This document shows, piece by piece, positions 11,046-21,051 of a DNA stretch of 64,000 nt; the first letter of the stretch is position 1, and each line of letters begins with the position of its first letter. Location of the stretch: the IMG/VR virus record IMGVR_UViG_3300015615_000196, positions 32,001-96,000 of that record; one strand, written 5' to 3'. The position numbers were made by a program, and so were the translations under genes. The DNA comes from a virus (lineage: Duplodnaviria; Caudoviricetes). A model generated the notes under the pieces. It saw only the letters and a program-made list of their open reading frames with translations, was not told the DNA's origin and searched no databases.

Positions 11046-12290
11046 CTATTTGTTAAATCGGTTGAACGCATTAGTTGTGATCAAGGTATAATCTACTTTT
11101 CCAACGAAGTTGCGTAAACTGTTTGCGTTGCAGTAACTCATTGTACTTCTCAGATAATCCTCGAAATTTTTTGTCCACTGTTCAAGAGTATACTCCACAG
11201 TCAACCTTCTAACAACACCCTCAGAAGTTTTCAGTACTTTGTTGCCCAATGCTCTTTGTGCACCTTTCGTACTCATGCCTCTGAATTCTTTCTTTATTGT
11301 GAATCCTCTCTCGTACAAAAACTTTGCAATAGTAGGATTTATTTTGATACCACGCCAATAATTTTGACCAGAACTTTCAAGTGCTTTGGTGAACATACTG
11401 CCAACCATCACATAATCAGCACCAAGCGCAAGTGCTTTTATTATGTCAGAATATTTTTTCATTCCACCATCGGCAACAATCTTCACTGGATTCTTGTGTT
11501 TTTGTTTTATTGCATTACATTCTGCAATCAAACTTGCCATCGGATAACCTACTCCCGTTTGTTGGGTGGTTAAGCAACCATTACCGTTGCCGATACCAAC
11601 ACGAGCATAATCGATTATGCCGGAGTCACAATACACTTGATATGTTTGAGGATTGGCAATGTTACCTGCCATGATCTTCACTTGCGGATATTTCTTCTTG
11701 ACCTTTACACACCATTCCAATACCATGCTCATGTGACCATTGGCAATATCCAATAGTACATGTTTAACGTCAGTGAAGTCCGGGATTTCATTCAAACCAT
11801 ATGAGGTGAATGTGCCGTTAATCATATTCTTGTTGGAAGTTCTCGGCAGAACTACTCCAATTTTATTTTGAGAAAACTGATATGCATTATGGAGCGAAAC
11901 TACCGTGTCCATCGGAGCGGTGAACAAAGGGAGAACATCCTGATCCCAACCAAAATCTGTTTTGTGGTAAGGGTTAATTAAGTTTCCTTCGTATCGACTA
12001 CGGATATTCGTTTGTGCTTTTGGAATGAGCGTGATGTCATCAAAGTCGAATCTTACTCCTGATCTCAAGCCCTGCAATTGCATCGAACCAATTTCAATTG
12101 TTGGTACAGGCGGTATCGGAGTATCAATTAACTCCTTCGGTATTTCACTGTGAGAAACAAATTGCTCTGTAAGTGTTTCATTTGCAGGAGATTCAATTCC
12201 TTGATTCGGCATTTTCACATCTATGCTTTTGTCTTGCACAGACATGCTTCTGTCCCCGTTGGGGTCTTTCAACTTGTGCGATGAAGCCAT
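11046..12290 (-). CDS. GMP reductase / IMP dehydrogenase family protein
   Basis: FDDITLIP, APMDTV, DIANGH, AGNIA, RVGIGNGNGCLTT, IVADGG and ALGADYVMVGS motifs. Confidence 0.9.
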   Translation of the reverse strand: MASSHKLKDPNGDRSMSVQDKSIDVKMPNQGIESPANETLTEQFVSHSEIPKELIDTPIPPVPTIEIGSMQLQGLRSGVRFDFDDITLIPKAQTNIRSRYEGNLINPYHKTDFGWDQDVLPLFTAPMDTVVSLHNAYQFSQNKIGVVLPRTSNKNMINGTFTSYGLNEIPDFTDVKHVLLDIANGHMSMVLEWCVKVKKKYPQVKIMAGNIANPQTYQVYCDSGIIDYARVGIGNGNGCLTTQQTGVGYPMASLIAECNAIKQKHKNPVKIVADGGMKKYSDIIKALALGADYVMVGSMFTKALESSGQNYWRGIKINPTIAKFLYERGFTIKKEFRGMSTKGAQRALGNKVLKTSEGVVRRLTVEYTLEQWTKNFEDYLRSTMSYCNANSLRNFVGKVDYTLITTNAFNRFNK

Positions 12291-12292
12291 GA

Positions 12293-12790
12293 TTAAGCGA
12301 GTCTGAACTTAGATAAGAATTCCTTTAGCAGGAAATTTTTTTCTCCACCGATTTGCTGTTTGAATGCTACTTCATCGAAGATGATGTGTATTGCAGGAAC
12401 AACTTCCATTGTACCATACTTAATAGGCTTCAACGCTGCTGCTGCATCGGGATACTTCTCACGATTCCAGATACGTTCATCTGCCAAGAAACAGAATGCA
12501 GTCATGCCGTTGTAGAGATCGGGTTCTTTGAAGAACGCAAGATCAACAATTTGATTATCGACCAAGTAACGGAAATGTTCGTTCAATGAAATTGATGAAC
12601 CACCATTTAGAATAATGATGGTTTTATCGCGTCCAGCCCAAGTCTGGTATTCTTCGGTATGACCGAATGCTCGTGCATGTTCAACAATTGCGTGAGCAGC
12701 TTGAATGCCCTGTTGAATTGGACTGAGGTTGTATAGAACAATGACATACATTCTTTGTTCTAACGGAGTGGCTTCTTTTTGTTCGTCCAT
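12293..12790 (-). CDS. Peptidyl-tRNA hydrolase Pth2-like protein
   Basis: RMYVIV..LSPIQQGIQAAHA, KTIIIL and FKEPDL..MTA pattern of phage Pth2-like proteins. Confidence 0.7.
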   Translation of the reverse strand: MDEQKEATPLEQRMYVIVLYNLSPIQQGIQAAHAIVEHARAFGHTEEYQTWAGRDKTIIILNGGSSISLNEHFRYLVDNQIVDLAFFKEPDLYNGMTAFCFLADERIWNREKYPDAAAALKPIKYGTMEVVPAIHIIFDEVAFKQQIGGEKNFLLKEFLSKFRLA

Positions 12791-13273
12791 TTTAAATATG
12801 GATTTCTCTCAAGTTATTCCCGACCATTGCACCAGCAATATCAAAGTCAACATCGAAGTCACCGTGTTCATCCCAAAATCCACCGCCTCTGTATGTTATA
12901 TCTATAATCAGATATTCAGCAGATGGTAGTATTCTGAAAAGATCATCACGAGTGTGCTTGGTGAAGTGATCCAGATAAGGGCGAAGATCGACATTTTTTA
13001 CCATATCTTCAAGTCCCATGTTCGATAATTCTTCGCTCAATAGTTTGTCTACTGTGGCGACATCGAACAGGATCAAAGATTCCTCGCCATCATCAGTAAA
13101 TTGAAGCCAATAATCTGCATTGTGAATTTTACCTTCACTATCAATACAAAATTTTGGCAATACACTGGTTAAATAGCGATCATGGGAAAACTGCTTCCGT
13201 AGTTGCCCGATCTCGTTCCCTGTCATTTGATAGACCTCAAGGGAAAGAAGTGTTCTGTGTTTAGTTCTCATAG

Positions 13274-13467
13274 TAAATGAAATGAGCGTACCCTGAATTC
13301 TGTTCTATTGTGTCATTTATCTGTTTGCAGCAACCCGATTAATAGGCTTGGTCAACCCTAATCTGTTAGCCTTGCATCTTCGCGGTGATAACGGCTTTCG
13401 CCTCCCGCAAGCCAAATTGATGTTCAAAGTTCCTCTCCGTAGAGCGACACATCCTCTGTTTCATTTA
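13274..13467 (-). ncRNA. rnpB: Minimal RNase P RNA (catalytic domain with truncated S-domain)
   Basis: P1 UAAAUGAAA/UUUCAUUUA; P2 UGUGUCG/UGACACA; GAGGAACUUUGAA and ACAGAAUUCAGGGUAC (P4 strands); P5 CAUC/GAUG followed by CAAGGC; P6 GGCUUG/CAAGCC; AGAUAAAUGA. Confidence 0.8.
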
Positions 13468-13870
13468 ATGAGTCCCATGAACCAGCATGTGATAACGAAT
13501 AGATGGCCACTGAATATCACAATATAGTTCAAAAGAAGCACCGTTGGTGATATATACGGCTTTCTGTAGAAAAGGTTGCTCACTCCTACAGATACCACAA
13601 TAATCAAAGGTACAACCCATAAATTAGTAAACAAAGTGAGTGCAAACCAAGGAACAAATGCTGATTGCACAAATGTCCGCAACTCCGTATTATCTCTCCG
13701 ATATTCTACAGCAAGTTTCATACGATACAATTGCGGTAGAATTTTCATTTTTGAAATGTACCTTCTCTTCAACTCCAACATGTAGGAGAACTCAAAGTTG
13801 TACATTGCAAACAGTGCGTCTATTGCAAGGAATATACTTAGAAAAAATATTATGTGTGCGAACAGTGTCA

Positions 13871-14401
13871 TTAACCTACCTTCACCTTGTTGGCTATTTC
13901 TTTGTGGAACGCAGCCAAGAATGCTTCTTTAGCTTCTTTCGGTGACATACAACGCATTGGTGGATATTCTGTGTCTGGCTTTTCAAGCATGACAACTTCC
14001 CACTCCCACTTCAACAGAAGAATATCAACTCTTTCAACTTCCGGTGATTTTGGATAATTGAAGTTGAACTTCTTCGCCAGCACATTCATCAAGTTGTCCT
14101 CGATTGAATTGTACTCTGCCAATTCAAGTTTGATTGGCTTCGGCATATCCAGCAAGTATGCTTCACTTGCATCGTGCATTAAAGCATCGAACTTGTAAGG
14201 CTCTTTTGCAACTTCATAGCATAACAATGAATGCTGTGCTACGGAATAGAATCTTGGGAGGTGTCCACCGAATCGACATTGATTTGACAATGCGTGTGCA
14301 ATGTCCTCAATGAGTAACGTGTCTGGATTAGGCTCAAATACGTTTACGTACTGCCCTGAAATCGTTCTTATAGAACGAACAGCATACAAATTCTCTGTCA
14401 T
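13871..14401 (-). CDS. HD-domain (YfbR/YfdR-like) deoxynucleotide phosphohydrolase
   Basis: DIAHALSNQCRFGGH, YSVAQHS and ALMHDASEAY motifs. Confidence 0.85.
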   Translation of the reverse strand: MTENLYAVRSIRTISGQYVNVFEPNPDTLLIEDIAHALSNQCRFGGHLPRFYSVAQHSLLCYEVAKEPYKFDALMHDASEAYLLDMPKPIKLELAEYNSIEDNLMNVLAKKFNFNYPKSPEVERVDILLLKWEWEVVMLEKPDTEYPPMRCMSPKEAKEAFLAAFHKEIANKVKVG

Positions 14402-15102
14402 TGTAGTAAATTAAAGTGGCGTAACATTTCTGTTACTTTGGTTTCGAGTTCTTCGAGAGTACCATCGTTCACGATAACGTAGTCCCAATTCGTGTAATCG
14501 TTGAGTGCCGTTTCGCTTGGATGTGATGATGTGGAAACTTTTGAAGGACGAATGATTTTAATAACAATGCCCTTCTTTCTTTTGATACCCTCAACTTCGT
14601 TCGGGAATCTGGTGTCTGTGATGATTACTCTATCGTTGTCGGTAAGATCGCCAAGAGTAGCATTCACCCAAATGTTGGGATGAATTACATCCCGTCCACC
14701 TTCTGTACCCAAGAGTTGAAGTATTAATCGTGGAGTAAGAATTTGACTGGTGGGTTCTTTGTGTTCGAGAAAATTCCATCCACGTTCTTTAACAAACTTC
14801 ATTACGTCTTCTGGATTCGAGAAGAATGGTGTAACTCTGCCATCTTCTGTTTCATCCAATAGATTTTCATCTACCAGATACCAACGTCTCCATTCCTCGC
14901 CCAATGGTTTGTTTTTGAATTCGATGTCTTCGAAATCTTCCACTTTGCAGCCAAGGAGTATTGCACTCATTTCTTTTAACTTGCCAGCAAAGCGTCTTGT
15001 TCTCCAATCTCGATTGTTTGTGTTCTTCATGATCAGTGCAGCAACAGTATCCTTACCGTTTTGCAATTGAGCAGCAAGCCCAATGATATGTGGTGTATCC
15101 AT
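14398..15102 (-). CDS. Deoxynucleoside monophosphate kinase (T4 gp1-like)
   Basis: GLAAQLQNGKDT, PRLILQLLGTE, ITDTRFPNE and HPSE motifs. Confidence 0.85.
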   Translation of the reverse strand: MDTPHIIGLAAQLQNGKDTVAALIMKNTNNRDWRTRRFAGKLKEMSAILLGCKVEDFEDIEFKNKPLGEEWRRWYLVDENLLDETEDGRVTPFFSNPEDVMKFVKERGWNFLEHKEPTSQILTPRLILQLLGTEGGRDVIHPNIWVNATLGDLTDNDRVIITDTRFPNEVEGIKRKKGIVIKIIRPSKVSTSSHPSETALNDYTNWDYVIVNDGTLEELETKVTEMLRHFNLLQ

Positions 15103-15749
15103 TATCCGAAAATTTTAACGTTATACAATTTTTCCAAGTTTTGTTTTTTGTCCATTGACTCACTGTCCCAAGTACTTACATGTTCATTCACGTTGTAGGC
15201 TTCAAGTTCACCTGCAACTTGTTTCATCATCTGCTGTAGTTCGGGCACTGAGATCGGTTCTTGATAATTCACAACTGAGAATTCATCACCGTTGACATTT
15301 GTTCTTACGTTGATTTTGCTCTTGAGAATGTCACTCTCTTTCAACGGCTCAGTGTAATGAATCACAGGTTTACCATTGACCATATTGACGCTCTTCGTCC
15401 TGTAAATCACATTGTTATACAAGTAGTACGATTGAGCATCCTTTATTTTGTAGAAGACACCCTTATGGTACGACAAATTGATTTCATCGAGTAGTCCATA
15501 GTTCTCAAGTGTCTTTGCCAGTTCATCCGTTGTCTTTGGCAAACGTTTAGTAACGATGCTGACGAATGATTTTAAATGACCGGGTGGAAGATCAGGGTGA
15601 CTTACGATACGCAAGCTACCTTGAGGACGTGAGTCGTTTGGATAATAAAGTATCCATCGTGCATCCACGTCAAATTCAGAAACGTGACCGAACTTTCGTT
15701 GCCACGTTCCTTGAACTACTGTACCACTGTCATCATCTTCCTCAGCCAT
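15102..15749 (-). CDS. Hypothetical protein
   Basis: ORF coupled to its neighbours. Confidence 0.6.
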   Translation of the reverse strand: MAEEDDDSGTVVQGTWQRKFGHVSEFDVDARWILYYPNDSRPQGSLRIVSHPDLPPGHLKSFVSIVTKRLPKTTDELAKTLENYGLLDEINLSYHKGVFYKIKDAQSYYLYNNVIYRTKSVNMVNGKPVIHYTEPLKESDILKSKINVRTNVNGDEFSVVNYQEPISVPELQQMMKQVAGELEAYNVNEHVSTWDSESMDKKQNLEKLYNVKIFG

Positions 15750-16426
15750 TACTTACGAGTTCTTTTATCGTAAACGTCATCAATGATGCCGTATTCTTTT
15801 GCTTCGTTTGAACGCATCCATTTGTCACGGTTTGCATCCTTACTGATTTGCTCAACAGTCTTGCCAGTAGCATTTGCAAGAATCTCATAGAGGTCTTTGG
15901 TAACTTCTTGAGTTTCCTTCAATGCAATCTCCATATCAGAGACCACACCACGCATACCACTTGACGGTTGGTGAATCATTACCCGTGAATGTTTCAATGC
16001 TCCACGCATTCCCTTCTCACCACAAGCGAGTAACACTGCTGCCATTGATGCAGCCATACCAGTACACAAAGTACCAACTTTTGGTTGGATGTAGTTCATC
16101 GTATCGTAGATACCGAACCCATCGTATACTGAACCACCCGGAGAGTTGATGTACATCAAGATGTCTGACTTTGAATCAGTTGATTCAAGATACAACAATT
16201 GTGCTGTGATCAAGTTGGATACCAAGTCATCGATCCCCATGCCGAGAAAAATAATTCGGTCGGCAATTAATCTGGTGAAAACGTCAATAGGTCTGAAATT
16301 GTTTGGACGTTCCTCAATGATGTAGGGAGTCATATTCGAAACGTAGTTGTTGTAGGAGTCAACGGCATTACCGCTCATTCCCAAATGGTGAACCGCATAT
16401 TTGCGGAAATCATTTTCTTTGTTCAT
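15749..16426 (-). CDS. clpP: ATP-dependent Clp protease proteolytic subunit
   Basis: YINSPGGSV, GMAASMAA and RVMIHQP motifs; Bacteroidota-like N-terminus. Confidence 0.95.
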   Translation of the reverse strand: MNKENDFRKYAVHHLGMSGNAVDSYNNYVSNMTPYIIEERPNNFRPIDVFTRLIADRIIFLGMGIDDLVSNLITAQLLYLESTDSKSDILMYINSPGGSVYDGFGIYDTMNYIQPKVGTLCTGMAASMAAVLLACGEKGMRGALKHSRVMIHQPSSGMRGVVSDMEIALKETQEVTKDLYEILANATGKTVEQISKDANRDKWMRSNEAKEYGIIDDVYDKRTRK

Positions 16427-17298
16427 TTATCTATTTGCTTTACGTGATTGATTCGACATACGTCTCTTGTGACGTTTCTTTTTGTTTTGTCTCGTGTTCA
16501 ATTGCTTGAGCGGACGAGAGCCATGATGTTTCGCACGGACAAAATATAATGCGAGTGCAGCCTTCTCAGTTTCGTTCATGTCTTCTTCTTTCTTCATGAG
16601 AAGAATCTGAACCTCCTTATTGGTGAGAACTTGCTGTGGGTGACGGAAGATAACCTCTTTGGGAGGTTCTTGATTTTCAGCAGCTTCGGCTGCATTCTGT
16701 GCTTCTACGTCTTCGGCACTTTCAATTAGTTGAGAATAAGAATGAAGTTCTTGTGGTTTTTCGTTCGGTTGGATTTGATCGTCTTCGTTCATTTTTAGAT
16801 CATAAACAATAAGATTATTTCTCCAAATATACGAATTTAAATTTCATCTGCAATACCATAGATAAATTTTCTTATTATTGAATAGTTCTCAAAACTACTT
16901 GAAAAGGTCTTAAATTGCCCGTTTTCTTTACCGACTTGGTAGATGTATTTCTCGTTCTCTTTGATGACACTTTTCAATGACTTAGTGTCAACACCCCAAC
17001 TGATTCTTTGTTCTTCGGTGGTGCTTTCCATCAGGTATTTGTATGCATCGCATTCGCGATCTGATGTCGATATGGGATAGGTTCGTTTTAAGAGAATGAA
17101 TTCATCCATAGAGTTTAACTATGTGATCTGCAATGAACTGCGCTTTGTTCAAGGGATCAATAGATAAATACTCTCTCAATGGAGGTTGATTTTTGGATGC
17201 AACCTTCATGAGTTCACGAATGAATTCGTATCTGCCTTGAGTGAATAAAGTTTCTTTACTCTGCTCTTTCAGAATTCTAAGAACCTCTTTTTTCATAG

Positions 17299-17370
17299 AG
17301 GCGGGAGAAGTGCTTGCATCTTCGTATTAGGTCTTGCAAACCTACGACTCTCTATCTCGTCCATCCCGCC
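17299..17370 (-). tRNA. tRNA-Cys(GCA), atypical T-loop
   Basis: Acceptor GGCGGGA/UCCCGCC, U73; UAGGU-UUGCAAG-ACCUA. Confidence 0.65.
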
Positions 17371-17430
17371 TTATTGTCCTAAAAATGTCCCAAATATTTT
17401 TACAACAGTATTTATTAAGAAATCAATATT

Positions 17431-17841
17431 ATGAAAAAACTATGTTCCAAATGTAAAACAAAAAAAGAACTCAAGCAATTTTCTCGTAATCGTTTTAATT
17501 CAGATGGTTATCATCATTACTGTAAATCCTGTAAAAATAAGGATGCTAAACATCGATATTCAACAAATGAAGAATATCGTTTAAAACGTCAAAGAAAACA
17601 ATTAAATTATCTATACGCACTATCTGAAACTGATTACGATCAACTACTAACAAATCAAAATCATTCATGTGCAATTTGTCTACTTCCATTTGAATCAAAA
17701 AGAAAGACCTTCGTTGATCATTGTCACAAATCAGGCAAAGTCAGAGGACTACTTTGCCCGAAATGTAACAATTTATTGGGTCAATGCCACGATGATACTT
17801 TGATTTTAAATTCAGCAATCGAATATCTCACCAAAATTTAG
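17431..17841 (+). CDS. Endonuclease VII-family HNH endonuclease (probable homing endonuclease)
   Basis: CAIC...VDHCH..GKVRGLLCPKCNNLLG; opposite strand to its neighbours and lower GC. Confidence 0.85.
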   Translation: MKKLCSKCKTKKELKQFSRNRFNSDGYHHYCKSCKNKDAKHRYSTNEEYRLKRQRKQLNYLYALSETDYDQLLTNQNHSCAICLLPFESKRKTFVDHCHKSGKVRGLLCPKCNNLLGQCHDDTLILNSAIEYLTKI

Positions 17842-18443
17842 TGTACTGCAACATTACTTACAATGTGTTTTCCACGTCTGTCAATTTGTTTCCATTTGAT
17901 TTTGAAGGACGTAGACTCGATACCACCGAACATTGAAGCATTTGCATGAATCTCACAAAGACCTGTGATCAATAAACTTACTGCCAACGGACTTTTGCAG
18001 AATTCATCGAGTTCCTCATTCTTAATGGTATGGATCACCATATCATTCTTGATCAACTCGGCAACAACATTGTCATTCTTAAATAACTTTTTCCACACTT
18101 CATACGATGCATTCGCATGATCAGGAAAATGTTGCTTACCGTTTTCGTCAAGACAACGGACATAAGGCTTTCCACAATCGTGATACACTTGGTAGCGCAT
18201 CATCGTATCGTCATCCAGTACGTTACTGATAACTTCGTAACCATACTGATCAAGCCAATCAGGAAGTTTCCATTCGTATTTCAATGGTGATCCTGTACGT
18301 AAATGAGCAATCAAGTCACGATAGTACTCGTTGACCAACTTACCGTGATCGAGAACAGACATTCCTTTTGTCTGCTCACAAGCAATCATATCATCAATGA
18401 GTTCCTTGAAACCCAAGTTCTCAGGTATTATTTTAGTTTCCAT
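17838..18443 (-). CDS. HD-domain protein
   Basis: HG...YHDCGKP...HFPDHA motifs. Confidence 0.65.
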   Translation of the reverse strand: METKIIPENLGFKELIDDMIACEQTKGMSVLDHGKLVNEYYRDLIAHLRTGSPLKYEWKLPDWLDQYGYEVISNVLDDDTMMRYQVYHDCGKPYVRCLDENGKQHFPDHANASYEVWKKLFKNDNVVAELIKNDMVIHTIKNEELDEFCKSPLAVSLLITGLCEIHANASMFGGIESTSFKIKWKQIDRRGKHIVSNVAVH

Positions 18444-19069
18444 ACTTGTCCTTTTTCAGGGTCATAATGCCAAACATAAAACTCGGCTTTCTTTTCAGGA
18501 TAGAACTTCCCGCTTTCGATTACTGCCATGCATTCACCTTGGCAGAAAGTTTCTTTTGTGAGTCCAAGCCATCCGTGTGCGGTCATCGTATTGAACTGAC
18601 CGATCTTACTGGTAAGTGGTTGGCGTACTTCCCAACCACCAGAGAAATATTTGTCGATGGTTCTGGTTGTCCACTCGGCAATTGATTTCTCGTGTACGTT
18701 TCTCGCATACGCAGCTTCATCTTCGATATGCTTCCAGTATGAGGCTTTGCGTTCCTCATTATGAACATATGTGAGATCATAGCGAATGCGTTTTTTGATT
18801 CGTTCGAGATCACCTTCTTCATCCCAAATGATACTGTCGATGTCCATTGTATGAATGTCAACTTTGTATCCTTGTGTTGAAGTGACCAGCACCGAATCGT
18901 GAGGATAGAATCGTTTCTCTTCTCCCAATTCTAAATACTGGTAGGGGCCATCCCAATAACCTTCCTTCGGTTCTGCAAACCAAGGTGCACCCCCACCGGG
19001 AAGGCGAACGTAGCCTTCACCAGTAGGGTCTGCTTCCTGCAACATCTTTATGAAGTCTTTTGTTTTCAT
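18428..19069 (-). CDS. Hypothetical protein
   Basis: ORF overlapping its neighbours in an operon. Confidence 0.6.
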   Translation of the reverse strand: MKTKDFIKMLQEADPTGEGYVRLPGGGAPWFAEPKEGYWDGPYQYLELGEEKRFYPHDSVLVTSTQGYKVDIHTMDIDSIIWDEEGDLERIKKRIRYDLTYVHNEERKASYWKHIEDEAAYARNVHEKSIAEWTTRTIDKYFSGGWEVRQPLTSKIGQFNTMTAHGWLGLTKETFCQGECMAVIESGKFYPEKKAEFYVWHYDPEKGQVWKLK

Positions 19070-19521
19070 GATATTGCTTGGTTCTTCTCTAATCTTATTT
19101 TGTAGAAGTCACCTTTCTCCTGCTTGTAGTCAGCATACGCAGCTTGCATTTTTGCCAATGCTTCTTTGTATGCCTTTCTCTTTTCTTGGATGGCGATTTC
19201 CTTGTCAGACTTGATGACACGCACTCGTAAGTCGGACTTCAAAATTGTCTTCATCAAGAAGTGTAAGAACTTGTTGATCCCTGCCAACGTAGGACGGTTG
19301 TAAATCATCCAGATGTAGTTCGCAAGTTTCTTTCTTTTCTTCTTGCTTGCGTTGATCAAAGCTGCATTGAATTCTGCTTCTGTGATCTTGTCAAAGTTAT
19401 CTCGGTCTTTGAACTGGTAATCGTTTTTCTTAACGAAGTCCTCGATCTTACCGAAAGCTGATTTAATGAACTGATAGTTAATAGCAGTTGCATGTACGTG
19501 ATTTGAGATTGTGTTTTCCAT
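19066..19521 (-). CDS. Basic hypothetical protein downstream of the TAG-containing mini-ORF
   Basis: ORF with an AT-rich translation-initiation region. Confidence 0.65.
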   Translation of the reverse strand: MENTISNHVHATAINYQFIKSAFGKIEDFVKKNDYQFKDRDNFDKITEAEFNAALINASKKKRKKLANYIWMIYNRPTLAGINKFLHFLMKTILKSDLRVRVIKSDKEIAIQEKRKAYKEALAKMQAAYADYKQEKGDFYKIRLEKNQAIS

Positions 19522-19602
19522 AACTGAAAATTGTTAAATTGTTAAATGATTATTTTCTTTCGTTACTTGGACACTGTGTCCGAGTAAATGTCCAAGTTCA
19601 GT

Positions 19603-19638
19603 TTATGGAGGTCGTTCGATGATCTATAACTTTTTCAT
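19603..19638 (-). promoter_or_regulatory. Leader mini-ORF MKKL*IIERPP* with in-frame TAG
   Basis: ATG AAA AAG TTA TAG ATC ATC GAA CGA CCT CCA TAA, followed by alternative hairpins at 19563-19597. Confidence 0.6.
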
Positions 19639-19654
19639 GATTGTAGTGTTTAAT

Positions 19655-20026
19655 TTATTTAAATGATTTTAATGCCAGTGGTAGGTTCGAAAGCATCTTT
19701 CGAATTTCAGGTGTGGCGTATACGGCAAGAGCAGTTGCTTGATCCTGAATATCAGGTTCACGGAAAAGTGTGACGTAAGGCGTTGTCTCCCTTAATCGAT
19801 TGTACCAATCGATCAAAGACGCTTCGTCTTTAACTGCAAGTGTGATAATTGAATTGGATTCTTCTTTCCATTGCTTCGCAATAGCAGGATGCTCGTGTAT
19901 GAAGTCAGCAATGGCGTGGGCGGTCTGGACGACCTGATAACCCGGTGAAATATCCTGTCTGGTAAGTGTTACCAGCTTGGATTCGGTAAATCTCGAAATC
20001 TACCCGATGTTGTGATCTTTTTTCAT
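19655..20026 (-). CDS. Pth2-like peptidyl-tRNA hydrolase with in-frame TAG at codon 9 (not in ORF track)
   Basis: MKKDHNIG*ISRFTESKLVTLTRQDISPGYQVVQTAHAIADF...NSIITL...FREPDIQDQATALAV...LSNLPLAL; TAG at 20000-20002. Confidence 0.8.
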
Positions 20027-20080
20027 GACAGTTGTTTTTAAATTGTGTTTCGTTTAAATCTAAGTGCCTTGTAACTATAT

Positions 20081-20104
20081 ATACGCAAAGGAGGGAAAAA
20101 GGTT
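20081..20104 (-). promoter_or_regulatory. AACCTTTT-N11-CGTAT promoter (ECF-sigma-like)
   Basis: One of six copies with identical spacing, all upstream of operons. Confidence 0.7.
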
Positions 20105-20160
20105 TCAATAAAAAAAGGGTTTTTTTCAAAACCCTCTTTTCAGTCGAATTTAAACGATTT

Positions 20161-20928
20161 TTAGTTCTCGTCTTCGTCAGAAAGTAATGATTCCGAATTT
20201 ACAGATGCCAAACTTGCACTCATACCTCTGTATGAAGCTGCTGCTCTTGACACTTTACTGTAAAGGACTTGATTACCAAGTGATGTGTTTTGGAACTGGA
20301 AGGTATTACCTTGAGAGATATTTAAACCCTTGCTCACAGTAACTGCGTCCTCAGTTGAACATAAGAACAAAAACTGCCAGTTGTTTTTCTTTTGATACGC
20401 AATCAAATCGGCAATGTCTGTTTGTTTGAACTCTGTGCTGGAATTTTCTCCACCATCTGTTACGATGATACACAAAACCTTTGTAGGTCTCTGTGATTCC
20501 TTCACATTCTGCATAGTTGCTTTGTATCCAGTGACACTCTTTCCAATTGCATCATACAATGCAGTCATGCCTCTCGGTACAAAGGTAGCAGTAGTCAACT
20601 CAGGTACATCTTGAATGTCAATGCTCTTACCCTCATACAACGGTTCGAATCTGTCATCAAATAACGTTCCTGATAAAGTTGCTTTATCTTTCAGTTTCTT
20701 CTGCTCACTAATGAAATTATTGTATCCACCGATTGCGTCATTTACTACAGGTCGCATTGAACCAGAACGGTCGAGAATTGCGATGATGTGAGTGGATTCT
20801 TTTTTACGTGCTGTGGTTTTTTTAGCCTTCACAGTGGGCTTTTTTGCCTTAGCTTTTACCGCTTTTTTTGCTGCGGTTTTTTTAGCTTTGGCCGTAGTCT
20901 TCTTTGGTCGTGCCATAAAAGTTGTCAT
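20161..20928 (-). CDS. vWA-domain protein with Lys/Ala-rich N-terminal tail
   Basis: ILDRSGSM MIDAS, TALYDAIG, IVTDGGENSS; histone-H1-like KKTTAKAKK repeats. Confidence 0.85.
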   Translation of the reverse strand: MTTFMARPKKTTAKAKKTAAKKAVKAKAKKPTVKAKKTTARKKESTHIIAILDRSGSMRPVVNDAIGGYNNFISEQKKLKDKATLSGTLFDDRFEPLYEGKSIDIQDVPELTTATFVPRGMTALYDAIGKSVTGYKATMQNVKESQRPTKVLCIIVTDGGENSSTEFKQTDIADLIAYQKKNNWQFLFLCSTEDAVTVSKGLNISQGNTFQFQNTSLGNQVLYSKVSRAAASYRGMSASLASVNSESLLSDEDEN

Positions 20929-21051
20929 TAAATAAGGTTATACGCTGGTAAATACAGCACCTACAAATTTAATTAAGGATTTGTTCACCACCAAGGAAAC
21001 TTAATTAAAATTTTGCCGTAAATGCCTGAAATTCTGTTGTATTTATAGGAT

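Noticed and set aside
19905-20129. 74-aa ORF from the track
   Set aside because: Spans a promoter and overlaps the Pth2-like frame, which has recognisable motifs
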